From Mustelus asterias (taxonomy: Eukaryota), in assembly GCF_964213995.1 (NCBI RefSeq), contig NW_027590138.1, positions 310,001-374,000 of the forward strand: a DNA stretch of 64,000 bases. The letters are read 5' to 3'. Of this stretch, positions 1-12,511 are shown one piece after another. The notes below the pieces were generated by a model. That model was not told the origin of the DNA. It made no database searches and saw only the letters and a program-made list of their open reading frames with translations. Positions within the stretch are counted from its first letter, which is position 1. Every line of letters begins with the position of its first letter. The position numbers were made by a program, and so were the translations under genes.

Positions 1-1770
1 AGTGATGCTGGCTGCTTTGCTGAGGCTACGGAAAATGTAGACAGAGTCAATGGATGGGAAACTGGTTTGCGTGCTGGATTGAACTACATTAACGACCTTT
101 TGTAGTTACTTGCGGTCTTGGGCAGAGCAGGAGCCATACCAAGCTGTGCTACAACCAGAAAGAATGCTTTCTATGGTGCATCTGTTAACGTTGGTGAGAG
201 TCGTAGCTGACAGGCCAAATTTCCTTAGTCTTCTGAGAAAGTAGAGGCGTTGCTGGGCTCTCTTAACTATAGTGTCGGCATGGGGGGGCCCAGGACAGGT
301 TGTTGGTGATCTGGACACATAAAAACTTGAATCTCTACCCTTTCTACTTCGTCCCCGTTGATGTAGACAGGGGCATGTTTTCCTTTACGCTCCCTGAAGT
401 CGATGACAATCTCCTTCGTTTTGTTGACATTGAGGGAGAGATTATTGTTGCCGCATCAGTTCACCAGATTCTCTATCTCAGTAGACTGGGGCGATACTCA
501 TTGGAATTCAGAAGAATGAGGGGAGATCTTATAGAAACATATAAGATTATGAAGAGAATAGACAAAATAGAAGCAGGGAAGTTGTTTCCACTGGCGGGTG
601 AAACTAGAACTGGGGGGAATATCCTCAAAATAAGCGGAAGCAGATTTAGGACTGAGTTGAGGAGGAACCTCTTCACATAAAGGGTTGTGAATCTGTGGCA
701 TTCCCTACCCAGTGAAGCATTTGAGGCTACCTCATTGAATGTTTTTAAGGCAAGGATAGATACATTTTTGAACAGTAAAGGAATTAAGGGTTATGGTGAG
801 AGGGCGGGTAAGTGGAGCTGAGTCCACAAAAAGATCAGCCATGATCTTATTGAATGGCGGAGCAGGCTCGAGGGGCCTGATGTCCTACTCCTGCTCCTAG
901 TTCTTATGTTCTTATTCTTATGTTCTTATTCCTGAACTCTGTCTCATCATTGTTTGAGATCCGACCCGCCACGATGGAGTCGGCAGCAAACTTGAAAATC
1001 GTATAGAAGGGGAATTTGGCCACACAGTCATAGGTATATACGGAGTTATAGTAGGGGGCTGAGAACACAGCGCTGTGGAACACCTGTGTTGAGGGTGATC
1101 GGGGAGGAGGTGTTGTTGCCTATTCTTACTGATTGTGATCTATGAGTTAGGATGTTCAGGATCCAATCGCAGAGAGAGGTGTCAAGGCCCAGGCCACGGA
1201 GTTTGGAGGTGATTTTCGTGGGAACGATGGTGTTGAAGGCTGAGCTGTGGTCAATAAATCGGAGTGTATCATAGGTGTCCTTGTTATCTAGGTGTTCCAG
1301 AGTTGAGTGCAGGGCCAGGCAGATGGCGTCTGCTGTGGACCTGTTGCGGCGAAAGGCAAACTGTAGTGGATCCAGGTAGTCCACGAGGCTGGAATTGGTT
1401 CATGCCATGACTAACCTTTCGAAGTACTTCATAATGATGGATGTCAGAGCCACCGGCCGATAGTCGTTAAGACACACTGCTTGTTTTTTCTTAGGTACCG
1501 AGATGATGGTCGTTATCTTGAAGCAGATAGGGACCTCAGATTACTGGAAAGAGAGGTTGAAGATGTCTGTGAATACCTCCGTCAGCTGATCCGCGCAGGA
1601 TCTGTGTGCTCGTCCGGGTACCCCAGTCGCTTTCCAAGGGTTGACCTTCGAGAAGGCTGCTCTGACATCTGCAATGGTGACCCCAGGTACAGGTTCATCG
1701 AGAGCTTCCAGGGTAGAGGGCATGCTCTTGCTGACCTCTTGCTCAAAACGGGCGTAGAATGCATTGAGCT
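1..1770 (-). mobile_element. Degenerate non-LTR retrotransposon (Rex1/Babar-like RT), interrupted by a CR1 fragment at ~481-928
   Basis: Minus-strand ORFs with RT motifs [18 protein letters not shown]...[11 protein letters not shown]...[12 protein letters not shown] (1046-1384) and AQQRLYFLRRLRKFGL (106-318). Confidence 0.8.
481..928 (+). mobile_element. CR1 LINE 3' fragment
   Basis: SLEFRRMRGDLIETYKIM motif, CR1-type 3'UTR and (TTCTTATG)n tail. Confidence 0.85.
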
Positions 1771-1814
1771 CATCAGTGCGTTGGAGCCGACGATTTTACA
1801 TGCCTTCTACTTGT

Positions 1815-2270
1815 ATCCTGCAGCGAGTAACTCACCTGATTCCCCAAAATCTATCCACCATCTGCAAGGCACAATTCAAGAGTGTGAGTGAATACTCCCC
1901 ACTTACGTGGGTGATGCAGGAGCTCACCAAAGGCACCTTGGGCAGCAGTTTCTAAATCCAAGACCGCTATCACCTGGAAGTTCTCTTCCAAGCCAATCAC
2001 CATCCTGACTTGGAAATATATCGCTGTTCCTTTTCGGTCTCTGGGACAAGGTCCTGGAATAACCACCTTCCCCACCCCCCCCACCCCCCCCCCCCACCCC
2101 CCCCCCACCGGACCCCACCCCCTGCAACAGCACAATGGATATACCTACACTCATAGACTTCAGCGGTTCATGAAGGCAACTCACCACCACCTTCTCAAGG
2201 GAAATTACTGATGGGTAATAATTGCCGGTCGAGCCAGTGACACCCACATTCTCGTTAATGAATAAAAAGA
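1815..2270 (+). mobile_element. Old LINE 3' remnant (related copies at 5770-6490(-), 20080-20260, 40250-40440, 41230-41460, 59160-59275(-))
   Basis: KAQ..S..EYSPL motif; shared 3' end CAGCGGTTCA..AAGGCA.CTCACCACCACCTT. Confidence 0.6.
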
Positions 2271-2972
2271 AAGATCCAGCCAGCTGCCAGAACGGACAAT
2301 CATGGGGTCCCCTGAACAGGTGAATGGTGACGAAATGAATGTCCGCTTACATAGTCAACCCTTTTGAAAATATTTTTCCAGCGAGCATGCTGTGCTGATG
2401 GATTCTCTGCAGTTTGTGCTCAGGTTCTCAAACCAAATCCTATGTGAAACAATCCCGCCGGCTGCACCGGAAAGAAATGAGCAAAAACTGTGAATTAGGC
2501 AATAGGAAACAACATCATAGGGCTCTTTCGGGATTTCTCGCACACTTGACCTCAGACATCCAAAGCGAGAATCATATCCCAAGACCAACGAGCCTACACT
2601 TTGGGTCCTTTCATCGACATAAAATTCATTTGTTTGTATCCAAAGCAGCTTAGATACCTCTGGTAAAAGCCGACATTGTTGAAAAAGCTCAGCACGTCCG
2701 CATTTCTGGACTGAAAGCTCCAGGAAAACATCCGCCCAATATTGCTAACTCGACTGTTTGGCACTGGGAGCTTTTGTGAATAAAGTACACATATTACCCG
2801 CTGCAGGACACAAACAATGCCGAGTGCCAAGTTCAATGAATGTGAATATTTTCAGCATTCCAACAGCTTTGACAACTCATAACATATCTCGTGAAGCAAC
2901 ATACGTTTACTATCAGTGCTAATATGCTATTTCTGTTTCGACATTTGCCCTTTGAATTACATTTTTTTCATT

Positions 2973-3125
2973 TGGTTCATTGGCCATGCTAAATTGACCC
3001 TAGTGTCAGGGGTATTAGCGCGGTGGATGTGTGTGGTTACGGGAATACTGGGTGGGATTGTGACCGGTACAGACTCGATAGGCCGAATATCCTCCTTCTG
3101 TACTGTTGGGATTCTATGATTCTGT
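2973..3125 (+). mobile_element. HE1-like SINE, 3' part
   Basis: GATTGGCCATGCTAAATTG...GGGATTCTATGATTCT tail shared with the other SINE copies. Confidence 0.7.
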
Positions 3126-3269
3126 GAGTCTGTGAATATGGTTGCTAGTCGCTGTTGCGAGTCTGGAATTCGGACCGACACTTCCCTCTGCTGGCGGCGG
3201 CGTGGCACTACAAAGTGCAGCATTCTACCACCTGTGATTCTTCAGGACTCAACTTTGTGTTCAAACATT

Positions 3270-4094
3270 TGGATACAAAGCTGGGCTGAAAAATGGCAGA
3301 TGGAGTTTAACCCTGATAAATGTGAGGTGATTCATTTTGGTAGGACAAATTTAAATGTGGATTACAGGGTCAAAGGTAGGGTTCTGAAGACTGTGGAGGA
3401 ACAGAGAGATCTTGTGGTCCATATCCACAGATCATTGAAGGTTGCCATTCAAGTGGATAGAGCTATGAAGAAGGCCTATAGTGTGTTAGCTTTTATTAAC
3501 AGAGGGTTGGGGTTTAAGAGCCGTGGGGTTATGCTGCAACTGTACAGGACCTTGGTGAGACCACATTTGGAATATTGTGTGCAGTTCTGGTCACCTCACT
3601 ATAAGAAGGATGTGGAAGCGCTGGAAGGAGTGCAAAGGAGATTTACCAAGATGCTGCCTGGTTTGGAGGGTAGGTCTTATGAGGAAAGGTTGAGGGAGCT
3701 GGGGCTGTTCTCTCTGGAGCGGAGGAGGTTGAGGGGAGACTTAATAGAGGTTTATAAAATGATGAAGGGGATAGATAGAGTGAACGTTCAAAGAGTATTT
3801 CCTCGGGTGGATGGAGCTATTACAAGGGGGCATAACTATAGGGTTCATGGTGGAGATATAGGAAGGATGTCCGAGGAGGTTCTTTACTCAGAGAGTGGTT
3901 GGGGTGTGGAATGGACTGCCTGCAGTGATTGTGGAGTCAGACACTTGAGGAACATTTAAGCGGTTATTGGATAGGCACATGGAGCACACCAGGATGATAG
4001 GGAGTGGGATAGCTTGATCTTGGTTTCACATAAAGCTCGGCACAACATCGAGAGCCGAAGGGCCTGTACTGTGCTGTACTGTTCTATGTTCTAT
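3270..4094 (+). mobile_element. CR1 LINE, 5'-truncated
   Basis: WAEKWQMEFNPDKCEVIHFG...LVRPHLEYCVQFWSP...RRRLRGDLIEVYK; GTTCTAT tail. Confidence 0.9.
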
Positions 4095-4383
4095 AAACCC
4101 TGAATCCACTCAACAGCAAAACCTGAGCGTGCAATTAAAAAGCATTTGCCGACAAGACGGCGCCAAATTCAAACCCCAGCGTCACAACTTAAACCTGTAT
4201 GGATGGTAGGCTCGTGAGGTCACGATGGACTCCTCCCCCCCGCTCCCCCCCCCCTCCCCCCACCCCGCCCTCTCTCTCTTTCACACACACACTCACTGCA
4301 ATCAGCTGAACCAAGCCCGGGTTCTCTCTTTCTCAATCTCTGACTCATTCCGTTCCGATTCACTGAGAGGGATCCAATCAGAC

Positions 4384-4864
4384 ATGTTTCTGCTCATACT
4401 GGCGACGCTCTTGCACAGTAAGTACTGGAAAACGTTCACCAAGCCAGATAAACAGATTGATGGCAACTTAATTAACAATCTGAAATATCCATGTGATGCG
4501 TAGAATAGGTTCCTCAAACTATCGCAGATACAAACACATTTACATTAACTCTTGACATTTAATTCCTCTATCTTCACAGGCGGACGTGGCGCCGATCCAG
4601 TCACCAGTGACAATAACCGCATCAGAAGGAGGTTCGGTACAGTTAGATTGTAACTATACAGACAAGGGTATGTACAGCATGCAATGCTATCAGCAGAAAC
4701 CGGCACAACCACCGACATGGATTATTTCTAAAATATTAGCAATGAAGGATGATGAAGTTTCAGGACGACATCTGGCGGCTGCTGATAAGTCTAAGCAGAA
4801 TGGTTACCTCAATATAAGCGCCCTCAGTGTGGAGGACGGGGCGGTCTATTACTGCGCAGTGAGG
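4384..4864 (+). pseudogene. TRAV: TCR alpha/delta V segment 1 (leader 4384-4417, V exon 4580-4864); probable pseudogene
   Basis: Leader MFLLILATLLH + GTAAGT. V exon DVAPIQSPVTITASEGGSVQLDC...EDGAVYYCAVR. Conserved Trp replaced by Cys (MQCYQQKP). The phase-1 donor spliced to the acceptor at 4579 is out of frame with the V by 1 nt. Symbol is family-level only. Confidence 0.85.
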
Positions 4865-4902
4865 CACAGCGTTAGATTACAGCTAAACACCGTTCAAAAA
4901 CC
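4865..4902 (+). other. Recombination signal sequence (22-bp spacer)
   Basis: CACAGCG + 22 nt + TCAAAAACC. Confidence 0.9.
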
Positions 4903-5204
4903 TCAGCGAGTATTTACAGCTCCACTAAGTTTCCTTCTGCGCGAATGCAGTCAGGTCTATTTACCGGGTATTTTGTCCTGATTGAGATCGGCAGTGGAGC
5001 GGTTTGGGAAAACTAGATGCTAATCTCCATGCCGCGATTTATGTAGCAAACAGAAACAATGAGTATCTCGCTACCAGCTGAGGGATGCACTTAGAAGTGG
5101 AGTTAATATGGCAGAAATTTGCAGGCTGTTCTTTCTGAATTGTTAGCTCAAATAAGCCCACGGACACCTGTAAAAAAATGCAGAACGGATAAAAATCTAC
5201 TGTC

Positions 5205-5652
5205 GTATTTGGGAACCTGTCTCGGGGGCAGGGAACTCATATGGTGTTCGTGGAAGTGGAAATGACTAGGGTTGGGAAGCATTTTCCGATCGGGGCCATT
5301 GTGATCTCCTGGACTCGTTTCGATCGCCTCAGGGGGTCGGAGAGGAATTTCCCAGATTTTTTTTCCCCATATTGGCCCTGGGGTTTTTCACTCTGGGTTT
5401 TCGCCTCTCCCTGGAGATCACATGGTCTGGAATGGGGGGGGGGGGTGGGGGTGAGTTAATAGGTTGTAATGAACAAAGCATCGTAGCTGTGAGGGACAGC
5501 TCGGTGGATAGGATATTGGTATGTAGATAGGCTGGAAAATTGGGCGGGGATCCTGGATTCAGGATTCAATCCTGGACCGGGGAGCGGCGCGGGCTTGGAG
5601 GGCCGAAGGGCCTGTTCCTGTGCTGTATTGTTCTTTATTCTTTGTTCTTTGT
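5205..5652 (+). mobile_element. CR1-type 3'UTR fragment
   Basis: Ends GGAGGGCCGAAGGGCCTGTTCCTGTGCTGTATTGTTCTTT, as in the CR1 at 51700-52297. Confidence 0.6.
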
Positions 5653-6826
5653 ATTTAACAAATGAGATGTCGAATAGCCGCCACAGAGACTCACCCAGCA
5701 ACACGACTGTTATTATAACTCTGGGACACAGAAACTCACCCAACAACACGAAGATAGTCGAGTGTATTGTGTGGTGGTGAGCTGCCTTCCTGAAGCTCTG
5801 CGGTCCCTGAGGTGCAGGTACACCCACTGTGCTGTTAGTGAGGGAGTTCCAGGGTTTGACCCAGTGACGGTGAAGGAACAGCGATATATTTCCAAGAAAG
5901 GATGTGGAATAACTTGGAAGGGAACGTCTAGGTGGTGATGTTCCCATGTGCCTGCTGCCCCTGTCCTCCTAAATGGCAGTGGTCGTGTGTTTGGATTGTG
6001 CTGCCTGAAAAAGGTTTGCTGAGTTGCTGCAGTGTTTCTTGTAGATGGTGCACACGGCTGCCACTGTTCGTCGGTGGTGGCAGGAATGGATGTTTACGGA
6101 ATGGTGAGCAATCAAGCGGACTGCTTTGTCCAGTATCGTGTCGAGTTTATTGAGTTATTGGAGCGACACTGATCCACGTAAGTAGGGAGCATTCCATTTA
6201 CACTCCTGACTTGTACTTTGTAGATGGTGGATAGGCTTTGGGGAGTCACAAGACGAGTTACTCATCGCAGGATTCCTAACCTTTGACCTGCTCTGGTAGC
6301 CACGGTCCTGGGTCCAGTTCAGTTTTCAGTCAACTCCCAGGATGTTGATGGGGTGGGGTGTGGAGAGGGGGGGCGTGGGGGGGGGGGGGGGGCGGGTGTG
6401 GATTCAGCGATGGCAATGCCATTGAATGTCAAGGAAAGTTGGTTAGATCCTCTCTTTTTAGAGATGGTCAATGCCTGGAACTTGTGGGACGTGAATGTTG
6501 TTTGCACTTATCAGGCCAAACCTAAGTACTGTTCAGGTCTTGCTGAATTTGGGCATAGACCAAATGTCTGATTCGAGACAGTGGAATGTCATCCTTAAAT
6601 TGAAGAATTTGAATGATTTCCTCACCAGAAAGCCCACTCTCACTGAGTGACTGTTTCTTCAATCGGATAGGTTATGCCCTGACTGTCAATATGTCTGAGC
6701 AAAGTCGCTGTCAGGAATTGCAAAGCCCAGGGCAACCTCATGCTTCATTTCCTGCTCTCGTTCTGACATGTCTTGCCGGCAGTCTGCTATTTGTTTGATC
6801 GCTGCAGCAACTGTAAACAGGTGTGA

Positions 6827-7144
6827 GGTTTTTCTACAATGACTGCCGTTTTTCCTCTCAGTGTGGGCACTAATGCACAGCAGGATCCACGCTCTCCGTG
6901 TCTTCAGTAACCAACTGACCCAATTTACCCGCAGTGGAAAGTTTCAACTCGAATCAGTCATTTTCTCTTTGCCATCCGAGAATCTGCTTATTATCCACTT
7001 ACGTCCCTGATCGGGTTTTTTGTCTGTACCAATACATTCCATAAATACTGGACATGCCATAGCTGCAGTTTATCTGTGCCGAATCCCCGCTCTGGACTGT
7101 TTTCGCTGTGTGAGTTTGTGAAACTTGGTCCGAGTGACATCGAC
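6827..7144 (-). pseudogene. TRAV: TCR V pseudogene 2 (V exon 6866-7144; 23-RSS 6827-6865; possible leader ~7270-7344)
   Basis: RCHSDQVSQTHTAKTVQSGDSAQINCSYGMSSIYGMYWYRQK, then frameshift and deletions, ends CALVP. RSS CACACTG + 23 + AGAAAAACC. Confidence 0.85.
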
Positions 7145-8109
7145 CTATGAAAACATTCAGACAATGAAGCAAAATTAGTATAAATATACAGATTCACAAG
7201 TTATAGAATAAGTATCCTGCACTTAAAAGTTAGCATCACCAGAATGACAAGGAATAGATTCATTTGCACCGTGTGATACAAAAGCATTGTCAATAGGAAT
7301 ACGGGGCACAGCTCACAGCAGAAGGGCACGAAGTGAATCAACATCTTCAATATTCCGCTAATGTAAGATGCAACAGATAAAGTTCCAGACACTCGGTTTC
7401 TCTGCAGTTTGATGGGCTGGAATCAGTTTCTGCTCGTCCGGTGTAAGGATGTGGGTTGTTGATCCGCTGCTGCTTCTCTTTCGGGTCACGTGTGAACAGG
7501 CCAATTGTCTATAAACCAGGACGCTACTTTACTGCAGTAACTGTAAATTATAAAAGTGGTTAAGGATTAACTGTTCACCAATGAAGGCATTGATTTCAAA
7601 CTGAGTTTTGCCCTCATTTTAAAGTTATATATGATAAATGCATAATCAATGATATGTTGGAAATATTTTACTTGATTTACTTTTGCAAATTTAATTGATT
7701 CTCCTTGGTTTCAACAGTGCCATTTCCTCAAATCTCCGAGTCCCTCCCCATTTCATTTCTATTTGTGTAACTTGGACAGCAGCTGTTCAAGTCAGCAGCT
7801 CAGCGCCACATTCTCAAGAGCAAATAGGGATCCCCTTTTTCCCACAATCAATAACAATATCCCCACTTTAAGTCTCTAACGGACCAATATTACTCCTGAT
7901 CACCTTCTTTCCCTTTATGTAACTAATATTTCCTTATTGATCTCGATCTGCTTTGCAAGTTTCATTTCATAATCCATTTTACTAGCTCTTCTATGTTGCT
8001 TCATAGACCTTTGCAGGTCTTTGGGCTTTTCGGAGGTGGTTGAATTATCGCTCTTGCTTTGTTAGTGCGGGAGCGCATATTTGTGACATTAACTGGAAAT
8101 TTCGATGTG

Positions 8110-8425
8110 CAATTTTGTACCGAATCCGCTGTATCTCGGCAGCAATTTGGGGCTTAAGGCACAGAAATAGCGGTAGCGGATATGAGAGCTTTTTATATCA
8201 TTAATTCTTTAATGTCTGCTGCTTTACTAAGTATAGAAGCGTATTGCTGTGTAAAGCCGGGGTTCTGCTTTGCTGTCCCTCCCCAGAGCTGAAACACAGA
8301 CTGTAGAAATGCCCATGTTCTACTTGTACCGAACACATAAGGACTTGGTTTGTTTACAGGATGGAATTTGTGGTAAAATGATCCCCTCTTCAACCATCAT
8401 TTTCGGCACCGACTCCTCTATTGAA
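8110..8425 (-). pseudogene. Highly decayed TCR V relic 3
   Basis: Fragments MVEEG, YVF(W)YK*, NPGFTQQYASIL and YFCALSP, followed by degenerate RSS CAAATTG + 24 + ACAAAATTG. Confidence 0.65.
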
Positions 8426-9154
8426 CTGGGTAATGAATATTCATCACTACATCAGCACTTGTTAAATAAAAATGTTTGGGATACGGCAGCCGGGTTAGGC
8501 CGGGGCACTAAGGAGAGTTCATTTTACTGGGAAACATCTACTTAATCCGAAGTGATATAATAATTAGTGGTCTGCGATACTTCCACAGTCTGTTCCCTAT
8601 ATCTTCGCAATATGTGAAATTCTCTGTCAGGGTAGAAATATAAATCCCCTCTCCATTGGACTGCGGATCCAAACAATGACAAACATAAAAAATTGGCAGC
8701 AATCTCTCCAATAAAACAGGACAGGTGAGAAGGGTCAGTGTGAGAACAGCACAGGACAGTCTGGGCAGTGTTTTCACAGGTAGGATTTAACTACAAGGAA
8801 CTGAACTCAGTAACAAAGCAACATTGAAAAATTACATAACGTTGCCTCTCTGTAGCAAGTGTCGTTAATCTTCATTCCATTCTGCCGACCAATAGTTCCG
8901 TACCAACTTTGTTAGAGTCAGTAAATTATTCAATCCTAAACGAAATCTTCATCAGGCGCCTCACAAAAATCTTGCGTTGATTTTCCCGCTTATATATCTT
9001 TGAGATCCAGCTGCCTACACTCAGAAATCTTATTCTCTGATGAGCGGGATATGGCATTAATGTTTGCGTTCCCCTATATAAACACGTAGCCCTGGTTAAG
9101 AAACATCAGAGTGGTGAGGGGCAACTCCCACAGCTCCATCCGTGTGATATGCTG

Positions 9155-9169
9155 CAGGAAGTGACATCA
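9155..9169 (+). promoter_or_regulatory. Overlapping ETS site and TCR-V CRE-like decamer
   Basis: CAGGAAGT overlapping AGTGACATCA, ~100 bp upstream of the leader ATG of the intact V. Confidence 0.65.
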
Positions 9170-9265
9170 GAAATGTGGCTGCTCTGAGTCTGTGTTGTCC
9201 TGCAGCAGATGACATTTGCTCTTTTACAGTTATCTGTTCTGCACCTTTCTGGGACAGCAGCAGCA

Positions 9266-10273
9266 ATGCAGATCCACGTTCTCGTTGTGCTCTGGGCAGC
9301 TTTCTGTGTCGGTGAGAAATTTAAAACTTTTAAATGAAGATTAATTTCAGAGAATTAGATTTTAAAAGTAAATAGTCTATTTATCACTTGTATCGAAACT
9401 TGGTCAGACCACATGAGGAGTGTTAGGAAATAATGCCAGGGCACAGGAGAAAATGAGGAAAAATCTGTAAGAAGGTGATACCGCAATTGGCATGAGCTAA
9501 CTATCAGCAATAATTGTGCTGGCTGAGATTATTTGATCTCGCAAAGCGAGGTTGGAGGGACAGCCTGACAGAGGTCTTCAAATGTGATTGAAAGGTGGTT
9601 AATAGGTTAGTGCTGCAGAGTTCTTTTCACTTCTGGATCATTGATTATGATAAATGCAACGGTTCAAAGAGATGCAAAAGGGCATTGTGGACAGGCCTCC
9701 ATACCCAGCGTGTGTTTATATTCTGTACATCACTACCACAAGGGAAGCTAAATAAAGAGATGATGCAGAAAGAAATGGATGGAAATTCTGAGAGATTGAG
9801 ACGAAGTGAGGCGAATTACGCTCTCTAGGATTTAAAACAGACAGATCAATTTTGTAGAAAGTTTATTTTTCTAAGGTCTGTACTCCAACTTTTTGTATGT
9901 GATACTAACCACTAATTGTCACATTTCAGTTCAGTTGATTATTTGCACTTTTTTAACTGTGTGTTCCAGATCAGAGCGATGGAGATTCTGTTACTCAGCG
10001 GGAATCCTCACTCACACCGCCAGAGGGAAAATATGTCACTTTAAGCTGCATCTTTACCGACGATGCTGATTATTTATTCTGGTACCGTCAGTACCCAGGC
10101 AGACAGCCCGAGTTTGCCGTCCGCCGGGACCCGAGCGACAGTTATGAATTCAAGGCCGATTTCGCTCGGACACGGTTTTCGGATAGAGTCCAGCAGTCAG
10201 ACAAGTTGTACCGATTGACAATCTCGGAGCTGCGGCTGTCTGACACCGCGGTCTATTACTGTGCACAGAGTCT
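9266..10273 (+). CDS. TRAV: Intact TCR alpha/delta V segment 4 (leader 9266-9311, V exon 9970-10273)
   Basis: MQIHVLVVLWAAFCV/D-QSDGDSVTQRESSLTPPEGKYVTLSCIFTDDADYLFWYRQYPGRQPEF...LTISELRLSDTAVYYCAQS. In-frame phase-1 GT-AG intron; Cys, Trp and Cys conserved; no stops. Confidence 0.95.
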
Positions 10274-10312
10274 CACAGTGATGAGAACGAGTGAAATTCT
10301 CGTACAAAAACT
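10274..10312 (+). other. Near-consensus 23-RSS
   Basis: CACAGTG + 23 nt + ACAAAAACT. Confidence 0.97.
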
Positions 10313-11274
10313 GCCGCAGGTTTCTGGGTCACAGCTGCTGTCTGCTGAGGACTGTTTACAACAGCCAGTCACACACTGACACTGGAAAATATTCCTGTGC
10401 ACAAAGACCCAGAGAACAATCAGCAGAAACAGCATCAGAAACGGTACAAACCGAACATTCTTTCTGCCTGATTATTGCATTCACGTCGTGGCTGCAAAAC
10501 TGGCTGCCCACCATTGACAACACAAACTCCAGTTGGTTCCCTGAAACTAGCTCTGTCGATGCAGTGAAATAGGGTAAGCGGAAAGTAAGATAACACTGTT
10601 TAAAATATCAGTCTGCAATGGAGACAGGCTTACGCCAGGTCAAAATGTTGATAATTAAATGAAACGTGTTAATTGTCCCTCACTGTTACAGAGATGTGGA
10701 AATTTTAATCGAACGGACCGCTACAATATCAGTAGGTTCTGAGCGTTGCTGCCACCTTGTGGGAGAGTTCACAATTTCTACCTGTAATGTTCAGTTCCAT
10801 TCAGAGCATGATTGTTCAGGAATTATTTTTACAAGAAATTCAAAAGCTTACACCAAAATATCTTGTCAGTAAATATTGCGTTGTTCGGTGTAAATGCTGT
10901 ACTGAACTTTACTCTATGCTCTATATTTCCTATTGTAACCTTAAACTATGTTTCCTGTATTCATTTATGAGACAATCTCCTTGTTTCGATTACAGCAGGA
11001 TGGTTAACAACTGTCCAGACCGTATTTCTTCTCACAGGGCACAAACTAGTGTCTCAACTAATACTACACTGATCCCACATACCTGTTCATATTTCACTGG
11101 ATCCAGTGCCTGTTTACATGATACTGGCGCTGTCTCCTTCCTTCAACTTTATTTGCCGTGTAATCCATTAGAGACGTTGTCGGTTGTTACTGGTCTTAGA
11201 CCATGCTCATGTTTATATCGCAAATTTTACAAACTTGTCTAAATTCTCTAAGACATTTTGAATTAGATTTGAAT

Positions 11275-12062
11275 TCAGATTATGACCTGAATGGCTGTAA
11301 ATTGGGACAGGGGAGTGTGCAGCGGGACCTGGGTGTCCTTGTGCACCAGTCACTGAAGGTAAGTATGCAGGTGCATCAGGCAGAAAAGAAGGCAATTGGT
11401 ATGTTGGCCTTCATTGCGAGAGGTTTCGAGTACAGGAGCGGGGATATGTTGTTGCAACTATACAGGGCCTTGGTGAGGCCACGGTTAGAGTATTGTGTGC
11501 AGTTTTGGTCTCCCTTTCTGAGGAAGGATGTTCTTGCTCTCGAGGGAGTGCAACAAAAGTTTACCAGGCTGATTCCGGGGATGGTGGGACTGATGTAAGA
11601 GGAGAGATTGACGACGTCAGGATTGTTTTCACTGGAGTTCAGACGAAAGCAGGGGGGCGGGGGGTGGTTCTCAAAGAGACTTATAAAATTCTAACAGGTC
11701 TAAACAGGGTAGATGCAGAGAGGATTTTCCCGATGGTGTGGAAATCCAAAACCAGAGGTCACAGTCCGAGGATTCAGGGTAGACCATTTAAGACGGAGAT
11801 GAGGAGAGATTTCTTCACCCAAAGAGTGGTGAGCCTGTGGAATTCATTACCACAGGAAGTAGCTGATGCCAAAACATTGAATGCATTCAAGAGGCGGCTG
11901 GATAAAGCACTTGGGGCGAATGGGATCAAAGGTTATGGGGAGAAAGCAGGACTGGGCGATTGAGTTGGATGATCAGCCATGATCGTGATGAATGGCGGAG
12001 CAGGCTCGAAGGGCCCAATGGCCTCCTCCTGCTCCTATCTTCTACGTTTCTAGGTTTCTATG
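11275..12062 (+). mobile_element. CR1 LINE, 5'-truncated
   Basis: QRDLGVLVHQSLK...LVRPRLEYCVQFWSP; GTTTCTA tail. Confidence 0.9.
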
Positions 12063-12412
12063 AATTGTGCCCAAAATATATTTGATATAAATGGAATAAA
12101 TGGAACCTTCCCCAAATCTGTTACTCTCGGCTTGTAACTTATTGACATTTATTTGAAACCAACACATTCTGCTGATACGTTTAGAAAGAACAGAATTCCC
12201 TCCATTTTGCCCTATCCCAATCACCCTGTCACATTGCGGCAGTGTTTTTCCACCTAGCTCCCTCTGGTTCTTGTCACTCTGTCTCTCAGTCCGCAGTAAT
12301 ACACCGCGCTGTCAGACAACCGCAGCTCAGGGATGGTGAAAATCCCCTCACTTTTTGAACTGTCGAGGAATGCAGAAAATCGAGGCCCCACACCCTCTGG
12401 TCTGAAAATATC

Positions 12413-12511
12413 GTAAGAAGTCTCACAACACCAGGTTAAAGTCCAACAGGTTTATTTGGGAGCAGACACCATAAGCTTTCGGAGCGTGCTGCTCCTTCGT
12501 CAGATGGAGTG
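12413..12511 (-). mobile_element. 99-bp Penelope terminal-repeat insertion with hammerhead motif
   Basis: Matches ends of the GIY-YIG elements at 26230 and 61326; 9-bp duplication GAAAATATC at 12404-12412 and 12512-12520. Confidence 0.9.
12469..12507 (-). ncRNA. Minimal hammerhead ribozyme inside V5
   Basis: CCAT-CTGACGA-A-GGAGC-AGCAC-GCTCC-GAAA-GCT-T-ATGG. Confidence 0.78.

Noticed and set aside
8705-8760. Minus-strand TGTGCTGTTCT-CACACTG resembling a V end
   Set aside because: No nonamer at 12 or 23 bp and no upstream V framework
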